Below the pieces are notes generated by a model. The model was not told the DNA's origin. It ran no database searches and saw nothing but the letters and a program-made list of their open reading frames with translations. DNA of 64,000 nucleotides from Candidatus Omnitrophota bacterium. GTDB lineage: Bacteria > Omnitrophota > Gorgyraeia > Tantalellales > Tantalellaceae. A program made the position numbers and the translations under genes. The stretch spans positions 155 through 64,154 of the forward strand of contig JBDRKO010000026.1 in the NCBI GenBank assembly GCA_043813915.1, written 5' to 3'. The stretch's first letter is position 1. Every line of letters begins with the position of its first letter. This document shows positions 37,983 to 47,001 of the stretch, one piece after another.

Positions 37983-38601
37983 CGGAGTATTGGTAGAATC
38001 TCTGGATATAAAGACCGCGGCTTTTGGGAAGTTATTCGAAGATAAAGGGAAAGATGTCCGGAATGAGGTGGTTAAATATCATCTGGATAATTCAGGGGTG
38101 TCACGGTTCGAGAAAATAAAGTACATATACCGTGAGATATTGAAAGAAGCCTTAGATGAAAAGACGTTCGTTCTTTTGTGTGACAGGTTCTCCAGTCTTG
38201 TCGTAGAAGAAGTGATAAAAGCGCCGTATGTGGCGGGAGCTTTGGAACTTCTTGAAGGATACAGGCGGAAGTACTCCTTTTATATATGCTCGGGAACTCC
38301 TCTAGGGGAACTGGAGAAGATCATAAAGAAGCGGAAGATAGACGGATATTTCGAGGAAGTTTACGGTTCTCCCATGAGAAAAGAGGATATAGTGAGAAAC
38401 ATATTAAAAGAGAACAGATTGCGCTCCGATGAGACGGTCTATGTAGGGGATGCTATGAGCGATTACAAGGCCGCTGAAAGTAACGCGGTCCGTTTTATAG
38501 GACGCAATACGGCGGATAAAGAGGGATTATTCTCCGATATAGATTGTATCAAGATAGACGATCTTGAAGGATTGCCGCGGATGTTGGAGCAATTGGGATG
38601 A
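37951..38601 (+). CDS. HAD-superfamily hydrolase, subfamily IA (phosphatase)
   Basis: IIFDFDGVLVES (motif I DxDGxL), the later VGDAMSDYKAA (motif IV) and an inserted cap domain. Confidence 0.7.
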   Translation: MMIKTIIFDFDGVLVESLDIKTAAFGKLFEDKGKDVRNEVVKYHLDNSGVSRFEKIKYIYREILKEALDEKTFVLLCDRFSSLVVEEVIKAPYVAGALELLEGYRRKYSFYICSGTPLGELEKIIKKRKIDGYFEEVYGSPMRKEDIVRNILKENRLRSDETVYVGDAMSDYKAAESNAVRFIGRNTADKEGLFSDIDCIKIDDLEGLPRMLEQLG

Positions 38602-38691
38602 AAATAATACCGTCATGACCCATTCACCCCGCTTAAGCCCGTGCTTCAGCGCGGAAAAAAAAGGCGGAGTTCAGGATCAATTGTAGACAAG

Positions 38692-38709
38692 CCCGGCCTT
38701 CAAGCCGGG
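38692..38709 (+). other. Short GC hairpin (CCCGGC-CTTCAA-GCCGGG) in the 153-bp inter-module gap
   Basis: Perfect 6-bp stem read from the sequence. No downstream U-tract, so not a canonical intrinsic terminator. Confidence 0.25.
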
Positions 38710-38754
38710 ATATATGTGAATTGACAAGGCGGTATTTAAATAGGAGGAGATAAA

Positions 38755-38994
38755 GTGGAAATAAGAGAAAATGAGGTCTATACCTTAAAAGAAGCTCAGG
38801 AACTGTTAAAAGTGAGCCCGAGCACGTCGATGCGGCTTATTAAAAAGGGTATCATCAAAGCCGCTAAAGTAGGCAAACAGTACCGTATTCTGGGCAAAGA
38901 GCTGATACGTATTGTCTCACCCGAATTGGAAGACAAAGTGGGTAAGATCTACAACAAAGGCAGACACTGGCTTCATCAGGGTATAGATAGCTGA
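38755..38994 (+). CDS. Small excisionase/MerR-type HTH DNA-binding protein (HTH_17-like), 79 aa
   Basis: YTLKEAQELLKVSPSTSMRLIKKGIIKAAKVGKQYRI matches the excisionase-family HTH (LTVxEAAxLLGVSxxTVYRLIxxGxLPAxKIGxxWRI). GTG start with SD AGGAGGAG 6 nt upstream. Confidence 0.55.
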   Translation: MEIRENEVYTLKEAQELLKVSPSTSMRLIKKGIIKAAKVGKQYRILGKELIRIVSPELEDKVGKIYNKGRHWLHQGIDS

Positions 38995-39036
38995 TAGGGA
39001 ACACTTTTTTATGTCCGATCAAAGGAGAATCTGAAG

Positions 39037-40449
39037 ATGAAAACTATGCTTGAAAAGCTCATCATAAATAAAGACGCGTCTGTAAAGGAAGCGATAAGGG
39101 CTATAATGGAGAACGGATGCGGATGTGTCTTTTTAACGGATGAAAATGGGAGCTTTGTAAGCGTCATTACTGACGGAGATATAAGAAAAGCCATTCTTTC
39201 CGGAAAACAGATCGCTGATAACGCCCGGACGATATCTAACAAGGATCCTCTTTTTGTGCGGGATGACATGAGCGAGGAAGACGCTCTGGCGCTGCTCAGG
39301 AAGAAAAAGAATATAAAACATAAGGTGCAGCACGGAGGAACTCTTAAGGTCCCTGTCGTGGACGGGTCAGGAAAGATAGTCAATGTCCTTTTTGTCTCAC
39401 TCAAGGAAGACGATCAGCATATAATAGAGTGTGATATCAAAAATACCGAAGAAACAAAGAAACTGACGGGAGTGAAATCGGTCCTCATAACCGGAGGAGC
39501 CGGTTATCTCGGTTCAATTCTATGCAGGAAGCTTCTTGATAAAAATTATAAGGTCAGGGTCCTGGATAATCTCATGTACGGAGATGAAAGCATCAGAGAA
39601 CTTTACGGCGATCCTGATTTCGAGCTTATAAAGGGTGATATAAGGAACCTGCAGACAGTAGTAGAGGCCATAAAAGGTGTAGACGCCGCTGTCCATCTGG
39701 CCGCGATAGTGGGGGATCCGGCTACTACAAGATTCCCGCAGGAAGCGATAGACGTGAACTATCTCGCTACTAAGGTCATGGCGGAAGCCTGTAAATATTA
39801 TCAGGTCAACAGATTCATCTTCGCCTCGACCTGTAGCGTTTACGGGGAAAGCATAAAAGACGGAGAAAAACTGACCACGTCTTCCAGGACAAATCCGGTC
39901 TCACTATACGCTAAAAATAAACTCGAATCGGAAAAAGCCATACTTTCCATGGCGGACGGGAATTTTTTCCCTATAGTTCTCAGAATGGCTACGCTTTACG
40001 GCCTTTCGCCGAGGATGAGGTTCGACCTGGTGGTAAATCAATTGACCGCCGAAGCCGTGGTCCGGAAAAAGATCAATATATTCGGCGGAAAACAGTGGAG
40101 GCCTTTTCTGCATGTGAGTGACGCCGCGGGAGCTTACATAAAATGTCTGGAGTTGCCGTATGGTAACTCCAAGAGCCGTATACTTAATATCGGTACGGAT
40201 GACCAGAATTACCGGATAGACGATGTCGGTAAATTGATAAAAGACCTTGTGCCCGATACGGAAGTTAATATTTTGGAGAAAAATATCGATATAAGGAATT
40301 ACAAGGTGCTTTTTAATGACTCTGTCAGTATATTGGGGTTCAACGCGGATATGAAAGTATCTGACGGGATCTCGGAGATCCGTGATTCCATGGAAGGCGG
40401 AAGTTATTCCGATTACAAGGACCCGAAATACAGTAACGTAAGTAAATAA
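39037..40449 (+). CDS. Fusion of an N-terminal CBS-domain pair with an extended-SDR nucleotide-sugar epimerase/dehydratase
   Basis: Residues 1-120 carry two CBS-like repeats (VKEAIRAIMENGCGCVFLTDENGSFVSVITDGDIRKAIL...; ...LKVPVVDGSGKIVNVLF). Residues ~150-470 begin VLITGGAGYLGSILCRKL and carry YAKNK and RPFLHVSD. Paralogous to the N-terminal half of 18851-21031. Confidence 0.6.
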   Translation: MKTMLEKLIINKDASVKEAIRAIMENGCGCVFLTDENGSFVSVITDGDIRKAILSGKQIADNARTISNKDPLFVRDDMSEEDALALLRKKKNIKHKVQHGGTLKVPVVDGSGKIVNVLFVSLKEDDQHIIECDIKNTEETKKLTGVKSVLITGGAGYLGSILCRKLLDKNYKVRVLDNLMYGDESIRELYGDPDFELIKGDIRNLQTVVEAIKGVDAAVHLAAIVGDPATTRFPQEAIDVNYLATKVMAEACKYYQVNRFIFASTCSVYGESIKDGEKLTTSSRTNPVSLYAKNKLESEKAILSMADGNFFPIVLRMATLYGLSPRMRFDLVVNQLTAEAVVRKKINIFGGKQWRPFLHVSDAAGAYIKCLELPYGNSKSRILNIGTDDQNYRIDDVGKLIKDLVPDTEVNILEKNIDIRNYKVLFNDSVSILGFNADMKVSDGISEIRDSMEGGSYSDYKDPKYSNVSK

Positions 40450-40463
40450 AAAGGAGCGTAATA

Positions 40464-40916
40464 ATGGAAAGGACTATGCCCAGACCCGAACTGGTGGAAC
40501 TCGAGTTCTACAGCGATGAAAGGGGATACCTTGTTCCCATGAGTAACAGTCTGAGTCCCGAAATGAACAGCGCGGTAAAGAGGACTTATATCGTCGGTAA
40601 TTTCGGCAAAGGTGTTATACGCGGCATGCATTTTCACAAGAAAGAGACAAAGATATTTTATATTGCTCACGGCGCGGCGAAATTCGTAGGAATAAACCCT
40701 GATTCCCCGGAAGACGACAGGCACGTTTTTGTTCTTTCCGATAAAAAGCCCGGTATGGTCATAATCCCTCCGGGATATGCGAACGGTTGGATGTCTCTTG
40801 CGGATGATACGATATTAGTCGCGCTTTCAACGTCAAGTTTCGAGGAAAGCGCAAAGGACGATAAGAGGTATGACCCTTATCAGTGGGGGGATATCTGGTC
40901 GTTAAAAGCGAGGTGA
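40464..40916 (+). CDS. Cupin-fold sugar 3,4-ketoisomerase-like protein (FdtA/QdtA/WxcM-C-like)
   Basis: 150 aa; RGMHFHKKETKIFYIAHGAAKFV resembles the RGxHxH...E motif of FdtA-type ketoisomerases. Confidence 0.5.
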   Translation: MERTMPRPELVELEFYSDERGYLVPMSNSLSPEMNSAVKRTYIVGNFGKGVIRGMHFHKKETKIFYIAHGAAKFVGINPDSPEDDRHVFVLSDKKPGMVIIPPGYANGWMSLADDTILVALSTSSFEESAKDDKRYDPYQWGDIWSLKAR

Positions 40917-40923
40917 TGGTACT

Positions 40924-42090
40924 ATGGACAAAAGAATAATCCCATACGGCAGTCAGTGGATATGTTCTGAGGATATAGATTCGGTAAAAAGTGTTTTCGA
41001 TACGGGATGGATAACGCAGGGCCCCAAGATCCGTCAGTTCGAGGAAGCCGTCGCGGACTATTGCGGAGTGAAATACGCGGTTGCCGTATCATCCGGGACG
41101 GCAGCTCTTCATATAGCGGTCCTGGCGGCGGGTCTGAAAAAAGGCGATACCGCTATTACGACACCGATGACCTTTTTAGCGACGTCGAATTCGGTGCTTT
41201 ACAGCGGGGCAAGTCCGGTGTTCGCCGACATAGATATAGATACGGTGAATATAAGCGTAGCCCAGATAAAGAAAAAGATAACCAAAAGGACAAAAGCGAT
41301 ATTACCGGTGGATTTCGCGGGTCTTCCCTGTGATCTGGCTGAGATAAAGAACATAGCGGAAGAGAACGGCCTTACCGTAATAGAGGACGCCTGCCACGCG
41401 TTAGGGGCGACATATAAGGATTCCAGAACGGGTGACTGCAGGTATTCCGCTATGACCATATTCAGTTTTCATCCGGTGAAACATATTACGACAGGTGAAG
41501 GCGGAATGGTAACGACAAATTCCGCAAAACTGTACGAAAAACTGCTGGCGCTCAGGAATCATGGTATGTATAAGCATAGCAGCACAGTTAAAAAAGAAGG
41601 ACCATGGTATTACGAGATGGAAGAGCTCGGTTTTAATTACAGGATAACGGATCTTCAGACCGCGTTGGGTTTGAGCCAGATGAATAAACTGGACTCGTTC
41701 CTCGAAAGGAGACGCGGCATAGTAAAGGAATATGATAAAGCGTTCGCGGAGCTCGGAGACCTGGTGATATTGCCTGAAGCAGAGCGTGATGACAGAAGGT
41801 CCGCCTGGCATCTTTATCTTTTTAGGCTGAATAAAGCCCTGAAATATATAACAAGAAGAGAATTCTTCGAAGAGCTCCACCGGAGGGGCATAAAAGTCCA
41901 GGTGCATTATATTCCGATAACGAGACAGCCGTATTACCGTAAACAGGGATTTAAGAGGACAGATTTCCCTAACGCGGAAAAATATTATAAAAGTGTAGTT
42001 TCTCTTCCGCTTTATCCGAGGATGACGGATGAGGACGTGGATTACGTAGTAAAGAACGTGAAAGAGATAATAAGGAGTTCTTGCGGATGA
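40924..42090 (+). CDS. DegT/DnrJ/EryC1/StrS-family PLP-dependent sugar aminotransferase
   Basis: IPYGSQWI, VSSGTAALHIAV, DACHALGA, FSFHPVKHITTGEGGMVTT (Lys in SFHxxK); 388 aa. Confidence 0.8.
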   Translation: MDKRIIPYGSQWICSEDIDSVKSVFDTGWITQGPKIRQFEEAVADYCGVKYAVAVSSGTAALHIAVLAAGLKKGDTAITTPMTFLATSNSVLYSGASPVFADIDIDTVNISVAQIKKKITKRTKAILPVDFAGLPCDLAEIKNIAEENGLTVIEDACHALGATYKDSRTGDCRYSAMTIFSFHPVKHITTGEGGMVTTNSAKLYEKLLALRNHGMYKHSSTVKKEGPWYYEMEELGFNYRITDLQTALGLSQMNKLDSFLERRRGIVKEYDKAFAELGDLVILPEAERDDRRSAWHLYLFRLNKALKYITRREFFEELHRRGIKVQVHYIPITRQPYYRKQGFKRTDFPNAEKYYKSVVSLPLYPRMTDEDVDYVVKNVKEIIRSSCG

Positions 42091-43001
42091 ATATATCCAA
42101 ATTGACGCTTGGTACGGCCCAGCTGGGGTCTGTCTACGGTATTGCCAATAAGACCGGTAAACCGGATACTGAGGGAGCGGCGGAGATACTGAAGACGGCG
42201 GTAAGTAAGGGCATAAACACTTTCGATACCGCGTATATGTACGGTGACAGCGAGGAAGTTATAGGAGCTTTTCTGACCTCACGTTCCGGAGGCGGCCAGG
42301 CGCCGAATATAATATCAAAATTGCCCAAGATAGAGCTGGCAGAAAATACCGGATTTGATGGAGTCTATGCTGTAGTAAAAGAATACGTTACAACTTCGCT
42401 TGAGCGGTTACATCTGCGCAGCATACCTATATATATGATGCATAGCGCTTTAAATCTGGATTCTCATAATGGGAATGTTGTGAAGAGCCTTATACGTCTC
42501 AGGGATGAAGGGCTTATAGAGAAGGCGGGAGTGTCGGTATACCATCCGCGTGAGGCGGAACGTGCTTTGGAATTCAGCGCCTTAGAAGCGGTACAGATAA
42601 TGCTGAATGTTCTTGACCACCGCTTTTTGGCAAAAGAACTCCTTCCGCGTCTGGCGGCGGAAAAAACAGTGTTCGTCCGCAGTGTTTTTCTTCAGGGATT
42701 ATTCTTTCTGGAAGACGGAGAATTGCCCGCGAACCTTAAAGGGGCCGCCGGATATTTAAAAAAGCTCAAAAGCCTTTCGGAAGAAGAAGGCAAGGGGATA
42801 GATGAGATAGCTATGGGGTTCGTTGCGGGTTTCCGTGAAGTGGACAGCATGGTCATAGGCGCTGAATCGGCCGAGCAGGTCTTAAGGAACGCGGAATTGC
42901 TTGATCGCGCGAAGATCAGTGATGACTTGCGCGGGAGGATAATGGAAGTTTTTTCCGGAGTCCCGGAGGAGATAGTGGTTCCTTACATGTGGAACGCTTA
43001 G
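42081..43001 (+). CDS. Aldo/keto reductase family oxidoreductase
   Basis: LTLGTAQLGSVYG...INTFDTAYMYGDSEE (AKR N-terminal signature with catalytic D/Y); 306 aa. Confidence 0.65.
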   Translation: MRMNISKLTLGTAQLGSVYGIANKTGKPDTEGAAEILKTAVSKGINTFDTAYMYGDSEEVIGAFLTSRSGGGQAPNIISKLPKIELAENTGFDGVYAVVKEYVTTSLERLHLRSIPIYMMHSALNLDSHNGNVVKSLIRLRDEGLIEKAGVSVYHPREAERALEFSALEAVQIMLNVLDHRFLAKELLPRLAAEKTVFVRSVFLQGLFFLEDGELPANLKGAAGYLKKLKSLSEEEGKGIDEIAMGFVAGFREVDSMVIGAESAEQVLRNAELLDRAKISDDLRGRIMEVFSGVPEEIVVPYMWNA

Positions 43002-43016
43002 GAGGGAGGAGTAAAA

Positions 43017-43808
43017 ATGGGAATAAATACTTTATTCGATCTGGAAGGCAAAACAGCTGTTGTGACCGGAGGCACTTCTCATCTCGGCAGGGCTATCTGT
43101 GAAAGTTTGATGGGAGCCGGCGCGGATGTCGCGGTTGCCGGAAGAGACCTTGAAGCGTGCCGAAAACTGGCAAAAGAACTATCCGCCGAATATAACAGTA
43201 CGGCCGCCGCCGTTAAAATAGACATATCTTCCGTGAGCAGCGTGAATAAGTGTATCGAGGATGTATATAAAATATTCAAACGCGTCGATATTCTGGTAAA
43301 TAACGCGTGTTTCGGAGCCGCCGGAGGTATCGAACAGCTCACTGAAGCTAAATGGAAAAAAGGTATCGACGGTACTATAAACGGGGTTTTCAGATGTACG
43401 CAAGCGGTTACGCCGTATATGAGAAAACAAAAGGGCGGAGTGATAATCAATATCGCTTCGATGTACGGGGTCATTTCTCCGGATCCCGGCATATACGGAG
43501 ACTCCGGGTTCAATAATCCTCCGAACTATGGAGCGGGAAAAGCCGCCGTGATACAATTCACAAAGTACGGCGCGTGTCATCTGGCGGACAAAAATATACG
43601 GATAAATTCTATTACCCCGGGAGCGTTCCCGTCCGAAAAAGTCCAGAAGAACAAAAAATTCGTAAACAATCTGAAGAAAAAAATACCTCTCGGACGTATA
43701 GGAAGACCGGATGAGCTTAAAGGCGCGGTGCTGTTCTTGGCATCGGACGCTTCAAGTTATGTTACCGGTACTAATATCATAGTAGACGGGGGATGGACGG
43801 CATGGTAG
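43017..43808 (+). CDS. Classical short-chain dehydrogenase/reductase (SDR)
   Basis: GKTAVVTGGTSHLGRAI (TGxxxGxG), NNAG, SMYG...YGAGKAA (YxxxK); 263 aa. Confidence 0.7.
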   Translation: MGINTLFDLEGKTAVVTGGTSHLGRAICESLMGAGADVAVAGRDLEACRKLAKELSAEYNSTAAAVKIDISSVSSVNKCIEDVYKIFKRVDILVNNACFGAAGGIEQLTEAKWKKGIDGTINGVFRCTQAVTPYMRKQKGGVIINIASMYGVISPDPGIYGDSGFNNPPNYGAGKAAVIQFTKYGACHLADKNIRINSITPGAFPSEKVQKNKKFVNNLKKKIPLGRIGRPDELKGAVLFLASDASSYVTGTNIIVDGGWTAW

Positions 43809-44563
43809 ACGCGGAGAAAAAGCTCAAAGTAACGGCGATAGTGCAGGCCCGCATGGATTCCGCACGGCTTCCCGGCAAAGTGTTAATGGATATATCCGGG
43901 TATCCGATGCTCCAGCATATAATAGACCGGCTGGCCGTTTGCGCGTCGATAAATAAGACAGTGGTCGCTACAAGTACGAATGATAAGGATAATGCCGTCG
44001 AGGAGTTTTGCCGGACGAGGGGGATACCTTTTTACAGAGGAAGTGAACGCGATGTTCTGGATAGATACTATCAGGCGGCATCTATCCAGCAGGCCGATAT
44101 AGTCGTAAGGGTAACGGCGGATAACCCTCTGATAGACCCAAAAGTAATAGATAACGTGATAGATCGATATATAAAGGACATGGACAAATTCGATCTCGCG
44201 GGAAACGCCGTCAGCCACAGATGTCCGATAGGTTTCGGCGTGGAGGTGTTCTCATTTTCATGTCTCGAGAAGTGCCGTAAAGAAGCTAAGAAAGATTATC
44301 AGAAAGAACACGTGACGGTCTGTGTATACGAGAACACCGATAAGTTCAGGATACTCAGTATCGATGACGGTCCCGACCTGTCGGGTCTGAGGCTGACCGT
44401 TGACGAAGAAGCGGACATTAAGTTCGTACGTGAGATATATAAGAGGTTGTACCGCGAAGGAGAGGTTTTCGGGCTGGAAGAGGTACTGAACGTAATAAAA
44501 GAAGAACCCGAGCTTAAAGATATAAACAGCGCAGTAAAACAGTTCACGATAGCCGGGATATGA
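43793..44563 (+). CDS. Cytidylyltransferase, CTP_transf_3 family (SpsF/PseF-like)
   Basis: TAIVQARMDSARLPGKVL (ARxxSxRLPGK signature of SpsF/acylneuraminate cytidylyltransferase-like proteins). The start may be the internal ATG at 43802. Confidence 0.55.
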   Translation: MDGMVDAEKKLKVTAIVQARMDSARLPGKVLMDISGYPMLQHIIDRLAVCASINKTVVATSTNDKDNAVEEFCRTRGIPFYRGSERDVLDRYYQAASIQQADIVVRVTADNPLIDPKVIDNVIDRYIKDMDKFDLAGNAVSHRCPIGFGVEVFSFSCLEKCRKEAKKDYQKEHVTVCVYENTDKFRILSIDDGPDLSGLRLTVDEEADIKFVREIYKRLYREGEVFGLEEVLNVIKEEPELKDINSAVKQFTIAGI

Positions 44564-45174
44564 AAAGGAGAGATGATATGCCGTCGGTATTGAGCAATTT
44601 TAACGAAAGAAGTTTTTGTTCCATGCGCCGGGAGTATCTGGAGGATATCAAGAACTGGAGAAACGCCCAGATGGAGGTTTTGAGGCAGTGGAAACCCCTT
44701 ACCGAGCACGACCAGAAAAAGTGGTTTGAGCTTATAAGCACCGACGATAAGCAGATAATCTTCGCGATACTGGGTCCGTCCCTGCCGGGGTCCAAAGAAG
44801 CTTCCGGCGGGCTTATAGGGTATTGCGGTATTACCAACCTGGACACCAAGAACCGCAGAGGAGAAATATCTTTTTTGGTAGACCCAGAGAGAGTGAAGGA
44901 CGAGAAGATATACAGGGATGATTTTTTGTCGGCACTGTATATGCTTTGCCGGTATGCTTTTGAAAGTATTGACCTTAACAAGCTTTTTACCGAAACCTAT
45001 GTTTTCAGGGAATATCATATAGGTATACTCGAGGAGTTCGGGCTTAAGGCTGATTCGATCCTGCGTCAGCATGAGTTCATTAACGGCAAATTTTACGATT
45101 CCGTGATCCATTCGATATTATGCGATGAATGGCCCGGAGTAAAAGAAAGGATAGATAATGAACCTGGAAAATAA
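44560..45174 (+). CDS. GNAT N-acetyltransferase, PseH-like
   Basis: IKNWRNAQMEV (the WRN motif seen in PseH/RimL-type GNATs) and a later GNAT core; 204 aa. Alternative start at 44578. Confidence 0.4.
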   Translation: MKRRDDMPSVLSNFNERSFCSMRREYLEDIKNWRNAQMEVLRQWKPLTEHDQKKWFELISTDDKQIIFAILGPSLPGSKEASGGLIGYCGITNLDTKNRRGEISFLVDPERVKDEKIYRDDFLSALYMLCRYAFESIDLNKLFTETYVFREYHIGILEEFGLKADSILRQHEFINGKFYDSVIHSILCDEWPGVKERIDNEPGK

Positions 45175-46114
45175 GAATGTTCTGGTAACCGGCGGAGCCG
45201 GTGTAATAGGCAGGGAGCTTATTTCGAGGCTTGTCTCTTCCGGCGCAAACGTGCTATGCGTAGACCGCGAGCCAAAACCGGAGGATATGTCCGGCCGTGT
45301 CAGATACCGTAAAGCGGATATCTCGGAAATGGATATGTCCCCGATAGAGGAATTCGATCCGGAAATAATATTTCATCTCGCGGCAAGTTTTGAGAGGACT
45401 ATAGAAACACCGGATTTCTGGGAGACGAATTTCAGGGATAACATACTAGTGAGCCATCGTATTATCGATACCGCGAAAGATCTGAAGAACCTTAGAAAAT
45501 TCGTATTTGCCTCATCTTATCTTATATACTCGCCGGATCTGTATCTTAAAAGCGCGCCCGAAGGTCAAGCCAGGCAGTTAAAGGAGGAAGATCCTTATAA
45601 CACAAGGAACCTTACCGGCGGCGCGAAATACTATAACGAGAACGAATTTAACTTCATACACGATATGTACGGCGCCTTCACGCTTCTTTCGGCAAGGATA
45701 TTCAGGGTATACGGAAAAGGTTCCAGGGACATAGTATCCAGATGGGTCAGGATGGCGCTCCGCGGCGAAGAGCTGGTCGTTTATAACGAGGAAAATATAT
45801 TTGATTATATTTTTGCCGGTGATGTGGCCGAAGGTCTGTTAAGGATATGTGAGAGCTCGGACAAGAGTAACGTGATAAACCTGGGGACCGGTCTGCCTAA
45901 AAAAGTGAAAGACGTGGTCGCGGCTATACGGAAAGAGATACCCGGACTTAAATGGAAATATGCCCCGGATACCGGGGATTATGAAGCTAGCTGCGCGGAA
46001 ACGTCAAAACTGTCCGGAATAACGGGATGGATCCCTCCGACGGAGCTGAAAGACGGCATCAAAATGATAGTTGAACATGAAAAGAAATTTAAGATAAAGG
46101 CGGAACATGCATAA
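45158..46114 (+). CDS. NAD-dependent epimerase/dehydratase (extended SDR; PseB/CapD-like candidate)
   Basis: VLVTGGAGVIGRELISRL and a later YxxxK region; 318 aa. Confidence 0.55.
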   Translation: MNLENKNVLVTGGAGVIGRELISRLVSSGANVLCVDREPKPEDMSGRVRYRKADISEMDMSPIEEFDPEIIFHLAASFERTIETPDFWETNFRDNILVSHRIIDTAKDLKNLRKFVFASSYLIYSPDLYLKSAPEGQARQLKEEDPYNTRNLTGGAKYYNENEFNFIHDMYGAFTLLSARIFRVYGKGSRDIVSRWVRMALRGEELVVYNEENIFDYIFAGDVAEGLLRICESSDKSNVINLGTGLPKKVKDVVAAIRKEIPGLKWKYAPDTGDYEASCAETSKLSGITGWIPPTELKDGIKMIVEHEKKFKIKAEHA

Positions 46115-47000
46115 AGGCAGATCCGTTGTCGAGTGCGGAGAATATAAGGTCATCGACTGCAGCGAGTGCGGGTTCAAACATCTGGACCCCATACCTTCGG
46201 AAGAAGAACTCGGCAGATATTATAAAGAACGGTATTTTCAGGAGGAAATACCCAAACTTCTTTCTCCCGAAAAAGAGGCGCGGGAATCGGAATGGTCGGA
46301 ATTATGGCACAGGGACAGGTTGTTGACCTTTAACAGGTATGCGCTCGGAGAAACCCGTTCTTTGCTTGACGTGGGATGCGGGAACGGTTTTTTTGCGGAT
46401 TTCATGAGACGGAACTATTGGGAAGTGACCTGCGTGGAACCGTCCGAAAAGGCCTATCTCCACGCAAAAGAACTAGGGCTCAACGTATTCAAAGGGACAT
46501 TCGAGAATTTTGTAGAAGAAAAAAGAACTGGGTCTTTCGATGCTATCAATTTGAAAAGCGTACTTGAACATATGCCGGATCCGGCGGGGACTCTTGAGAA
46601 TTGTAAGAGTCTTCTGAAGAGAGAAGGGATAATGTGTGTATATATCCCGAATGACTTTAACTCTTTTCAATTGCGGGCGCATAGATCAGGCAGGAGAAGG
46701 TGGTGGGTCGATTCCCCCGGGCACATAAACTATTTTAATTTTAAAGATCTGAGAGGTCTTTTGAAACGTACGGGGTTTGATATTATTTCAGAGACAACGG
46801 ATTTTCCTATGGAGATATTCCTTTTATTGGGGAAAAATTATGTAGATGACGATACGGTCGGTAAAGCATGTCATGATCTAAGGATGAAACTTGAGATGAG
46901 CGTTCCCGGATGGTTCAGAAGGGGCGCATATTCCGCTTTAGCCAAATTCGGTATGGGAAGAAGCTGTATGATATACGCGAGACCGACAGGGGCGGTGTGA
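46107..47000 (+). CDS. Class I SAM-dependent methyltransferase with N-terminal Cys4 Zn-ribbon
   Basis: CGEYKVIDCSECGF, then LLDVGCGNGFFADFM (motif I); 297 aa. Confidence 0.65.
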   Translation: MHKGRSVVECGEYKVIDCSECGFKHLDPIPSEEELGRYYKERYFQEEIPKLLSPEKEARESEWSELWHRDRLLTFNRYALGETRSLLDVGCGNGFFADFMRRNYWEVTCVEPSEKAYLHAKELGLNVFKGTFENFVEEKRTGSFDAINLKSVLEHMPDPAGTLENCKSLLKREGIMCVYIPNDFNSFQLRAHRSGRRRWWVDSPGHINYFNFKDLRGLLKRTGFDIISETTDFPMEIFLLLGKNYVDDDTVGKACHDLRMKLEMSVPGWFRRGAYSALAKFGMGRSCMIYARPTGAV

Positions 47001-47001
47001 T

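Noticed and set aside
38692-38709. Intrinsic terminator after the HAD gene
   Set aside because: Perfect 6-bp GC stem but no 3' U-tract, so it does not meet rho-independent terminator criteria. Kept only as a generic hairpin.
38721-38749. TTGACA box upstream of the HTH gene as a full sigma70 promoter
   Set aside because: No acceptable -10 hexamer at 16-18 nt spacing (the candidates TATTTA/TAAATA are at 6-10 nt), so only the -35-like box is noted, not a promoter call.
46126-46567. Two short + strand alternative-frame ORFs inside the Zn-ribbon methyltransferase gene
   Set aside because: Off-frame with respect to a CDS carrying clear MT motif I; Arg-rich low-complexity products.
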